64,000 bases of DNA from an uncultured Muribaculaceae bacterium (GTDB lineage Bacteria > Pseudomonadota > Alphaproteobacteria > Rs-D84), in contig OZ246409.1 in assembly GCA_965231035.1 (NCBI GenBank), positions 338,075 to 402,074 on the forward strand. Reading direction: 5' to 3'. The notes beneath the pieces are model-generated. The model was not told where the DNA came from. It saw nothing but the letters and a program-made list of their open reading frames with translations, and searched no databases. Below, in pieces: positions 61,498 through 64,000 of the stretch; within the stretch, counting starts at the first letter, position 1, and the number at the start of each line of letters is the position of its first letter. A program made the position numbers and the translations under genes.

Positions 61498-61564
61498 AGT
61501 AGCTGAAACATATTGAATTTATAAATATTTTAAAGTAAAATGTGCCAAGAAATAAGGATGTTTT

Positions 61565-61933
61565 ATGAGCGCAGAAAATATAAATTTTACAGGCAATGAT
61601 AAATTTTTAGAATTTATAGTAGAAATTTGGCGCCTTCCAAAATTATTCAAAAAGCTTATTGCAAAACAAGATTATAGCGAGCAACAAAAATACGTAAGTC
61701 AATTCAACTGGTTTAATAAAAAAGCTCTCGATTTTTTACAAAGTGAAGGACTCTCTTTTCCGGAATATGAAGATATGCCTTTTGATGTGGGTATGCCACT
61801 AACACCAATCAACATAGGCGATTTTAGTTCGGAAGATGAGTTGGTAATTGAACAAATACTGGAACCTGTTATTATGAAAGGTGACAAAATTATCAAAGCT
61901 GGCACAGCAATTCTAAAAAAGGCAGAGAAATGA
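61565..61933 (+). CDS. small GrpE-like protein (putative nucleotide-exchange partner of the downstream Hsp70)
   Basis: C-terminal ...FDVGMPL...LEPVIMKGDKIIKAGTAILKK resembles the GrpE beta-domain pattern (MQKGY.L.GR.IR.A.V.V.K). ORF stop overlaps the Hsp70 start. Confidence 0.35.
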   Translation: MSAENINFTGNDKFLEFIVEIWRLPKLFKKLIAKQDYSEQQKYVSQFNWFNKKALDFLQSEGLSFPEYEDMPFDVGMPLTPINIGDFSSEDELVIEQILEPVIMKGDKIIKAGTAILKKAEK

Positions 61934-64000
61934 AAAATTTTATCGGAATAGATTTAGGAACAACAAACAGTGCGATATGTTCGTATGACGGTGAACACGT
62001 GCGTATTTACAAAAGCCCTGATCAGACCGATGTGACACCATCGGCAATTTACATTGATAAGCGTGGTAATAAGTATGTTGGAAAGCGTGCTTATGATTAT
62101 ATACCAAACGATCCTGATAACGTGGCTGTAAGGTTCAAAAGGCTGATGGGGACAAACACCCCAATAGAAATACCGAACCTAGGCAAGACAATGCTGCCAG
62201 AAGAATGCTCTGCCGAAATCTTAAAAGTTTTATTTAATTATCTGCCAGATGAACTACAAAAAGATCCCGATATAGGCACGATTATAACCACCCCAGCGGC
62301 GTTCAATCAGATGCAGAAAGAGGCAACCCTGCAAGCAGCAAACATGGCTGGTATCGGGAAAGTTGCGCTTATGCAAGAACCTGTAGCGGCAATCATGAGC
62401 GTTATGAAAACGCGCCCTGAAGATGGGATTTTTCTAGTTTATGACTTAGGCGGCGGCACATTGGATGTCGCTGTAGCGGAAAGTATCAATGGTCATGTAA
62501 ATTTACAGAGTCATGGCGGTATAGCAATGTGTGGCGGGCGTGATTTGGATCGTCTATTGGTGGAAAATGTTGTTTATCCATGGCTTAGATCGAACTTTGA
62601 TTTATCTTCTGAATTTTGGAATGATCCGAAATATAAATCGTTGGTACGTTTGGTTGCATATGCAACAGAACGCGCAAAAATAGATTTGTCTGCAAAAGAG
62701 GACGCAACAATCAGTCTATCAGAAAATGAGGTGCGTATAAAAGATGATAAGAATGCTGATATATATTTGGACATCCCTGTAGATCGTAAAACTTATAACG
62801 GACTGATTTCAGAACGAATAGATGAAACAATCAAAGCGGTTCGTGAAACCTTAGATAAGGCAGGATTGAAACCCGATGATGTAGTGCGGATTGTTTTTGT
62901 AGGTGGCCCGACTTGCTATAAACCGTTACGTGACAAAGTGTCTTCCGAACTAGGGATTCCAGCAAACACAGACGTAAACCCTATGACTGCAGTTGCTGAA
63001 GGTGCAGCTATATTTGCAGAATCAATAGAATGGTCTTCACAGGATCGGTCGCGCAAAAACATGCGTGGCTCTGTCGAAGCACAAGGCGTTGTAAATGTAA
63101 AATTTGATTTTATCGCAAGAACTCCAGATGTAAAAACTAAGTTGGTAGTCAAACTGCCGGAAAAGACAAAAGGTAAATTTGAATTTCAGATTGATTCCAC
63201 CGACTCTGGGTGGTCATCGGGTAAATTATCATTGAAAGACGGGGTGACTATAGACTTAGTGCTGTCGAAGTTTGGCGAAAACAATTTTAAGGCATTTTTA
63301 TTTAACGAAATCGGCGAAAGTATTGCACTTGATCCGAATAAAATTGTGATCACACGAACTGCTGCAACAATCGACTCTATTCCGGCATCACATTCTGTCG
63401 GTATTGAAGTGTTGGATAAACTTGGCGGAACACCGATGTTGGATTATATGGTACGTTCTGGCGATACTTTGCCAAAACGCGGCAAGATGCAATTCAAGGC
63501 GGCTAACACATTGAAATCTGGTGATACAGGCTCATTGAATTTCAAAATATGGGAAGGTGACATTGTGTCACCGATACTGGACAATCGTCTTGTTGGGGTT
63601 ATGAAAATCACAGGAAAAGATTTTGACGATGGGGTTATCCCTGCAGGTGCTGACATAGACCTATCATATGAAATGTCTGACGATGGAAACATACGTCTTG
63701 AAATAACGATACCAAGTATTCGTGGCTCGTTCAACTCTGGTCGAAACTTCTATTCGCGCCAAGAAGGACAACGTGACTATTCTGAAGCACCAGAGGCAAT
63801 TAAAGAAGACGCAGAGTCTACAAAATTACGTGCTGATGAAATGGCGACACATATAAGCGATCCCGAATTAGATAAGACAAGACAAAAACTAGATGAGGCA
63901 TCATCGATATCCTCAGACGAAGTAGATCCAGAAAAGACAAAAGAAGCCGAAGAAAAAGTATTCCAAGCAAAAAAAGATCTTGCCGTTATTCGCAAAAAAC
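61930..64000 (+). CDS. stand-alone Hsp70-family ATPase (partial, runs off window end)
   Basis: IGIDLGTTNSAI phosphate-1 motif, DLGGGTLDV phosphate-2, GGPTCYKP adenosine motif. Not in the ORF track because no stop occurs in the window. Confidence 0.85.
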   Translation, partial: MKNFIGIDLGTTNSAICSYDGEHVRIYKSPDQTDVTPSAIYIDKRGNKYVGKRAYDYIPNDPDNVAVRFKRLMGTNTPIEIPNLGKTMLPEECSAEILKVLFNYLPDELQKDPDIGTIITTPAAFNQMQKEATLQAANMAGIGKVALMQEPVAAIMSVMKTRPEDGIFLVYDLGGGTLDVAVAESINGHVNLQSHGGIAMCGGRDLDRLLVENVVYPWLRSNFDLSSEFWNDPKYKSLVRLVAYATERAKIDLSAKEDATISLSENEVRIKDDKNADIYLDIPVDRKTYNGLISERIDETIKAVRETLDKAGLKPDDVVRIVFVGGPTCYKPLRDKVSSELGIPANTDVNPMTAVAEGAAIFAESIEWSSQDRSRKNMRGSVEAQGVVNVKFDFIARTPDVKTKLVVKLPEKTKGKFEFQIDSTDSGWSSGKLSLKDGVTIDLVLSKFGENNFKAFLFNEIGESIALDPNKIVITRTAATIDSIPASHSVGIEVLDKLGGTPMLDYMVRSGDTLPKRGKMQFKAANTLKSGDTGSLNFKIWEGDIVSPILDNRLVGVMKITGKDFDDGVIPAGADIDLSYEMSDDGNIRLEITIPSIRGSFNSGRNFYSRQEGQRDYSEAPEAIKEDAESTKLRADEMATHISDPELDKTRQKLDEASSISSDEVDPEKTKEAEEKVFQAKKDLAVIRKK

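Noticed and set aside
1-64000. rRNA genes or CRISPR arrays
   Set aside because: No rRNA-like conserved blocks and no regularly spaced direct repeats with unique spacers were seen.

Overview
This is an AT-rich bacterial chromosome segment from a diderm (outer-membrane) organism. The lineage may be host-associated or intracellular, but that is inference from gene content only. Most of the window is ordinary housekeeping genes. Recognisable ones include fabF-acpP, lepA, rbfA, ftsEX, plsC, plsY, tolB, fba, efp, ppa, dnaN, c-di-AMP cyclase cdaA, an RluC/D pseudouridine synthase, uvrC-pgsA, dnaJ, parE/gyrB-family, dnaA, dprA, rpsT, sufBC, ruvX, gatC-gatA...gatB, miaB. There are three tRNAs: Pro-CGG at the left edge, Phe-GAA between gatA and gatB, and Lys-CTT at 58.58 kb. 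Accessory content is interleaved with these.
- A degenerate P4-type integrase sits between lepA and acpP.
- A promoter-driven cluster of small Cys-motif proteins lies at 5.7-7.4 kb.
- Four signal-peptide repeat/collagen-like paralogs sit in tandem at 8.4-12.4 kb and share near-identical DNA tracts.
- Two tandem secreted proteins with eukaryote-like Cys repeats sit at 16.3-17.0 kb.
- An orphan BrnA-like gene follows a 12-bp tandem repeat array.
- A TcpQ-like gene and a lipoprotein secretin (TcpC/PilN-like) form a pair, with a distant type IV pilin gene.
- A two-gene AT-rich insert plus tRNA-Phe splits gatCAB.
- An AT-rich islet (small Cys proteins plus a methyltransferase) lies between gatB and miaB.
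- Downstream of tRNA-Lys is a mobile island: GNAT, large serine recombinase, DUF2924-like, a small GrpE-like protein, and a stand-alone Hsp70-family ATPase that runs off the window.
- Two diverged copies of a ~100-bp terminal-inverted-repeat palindromic element with compensatory substitutions lie downstream of fabF and upstream of lepA.
- Many intrinsic terminators are visible.
No CRISPR array or rRNA was seen.
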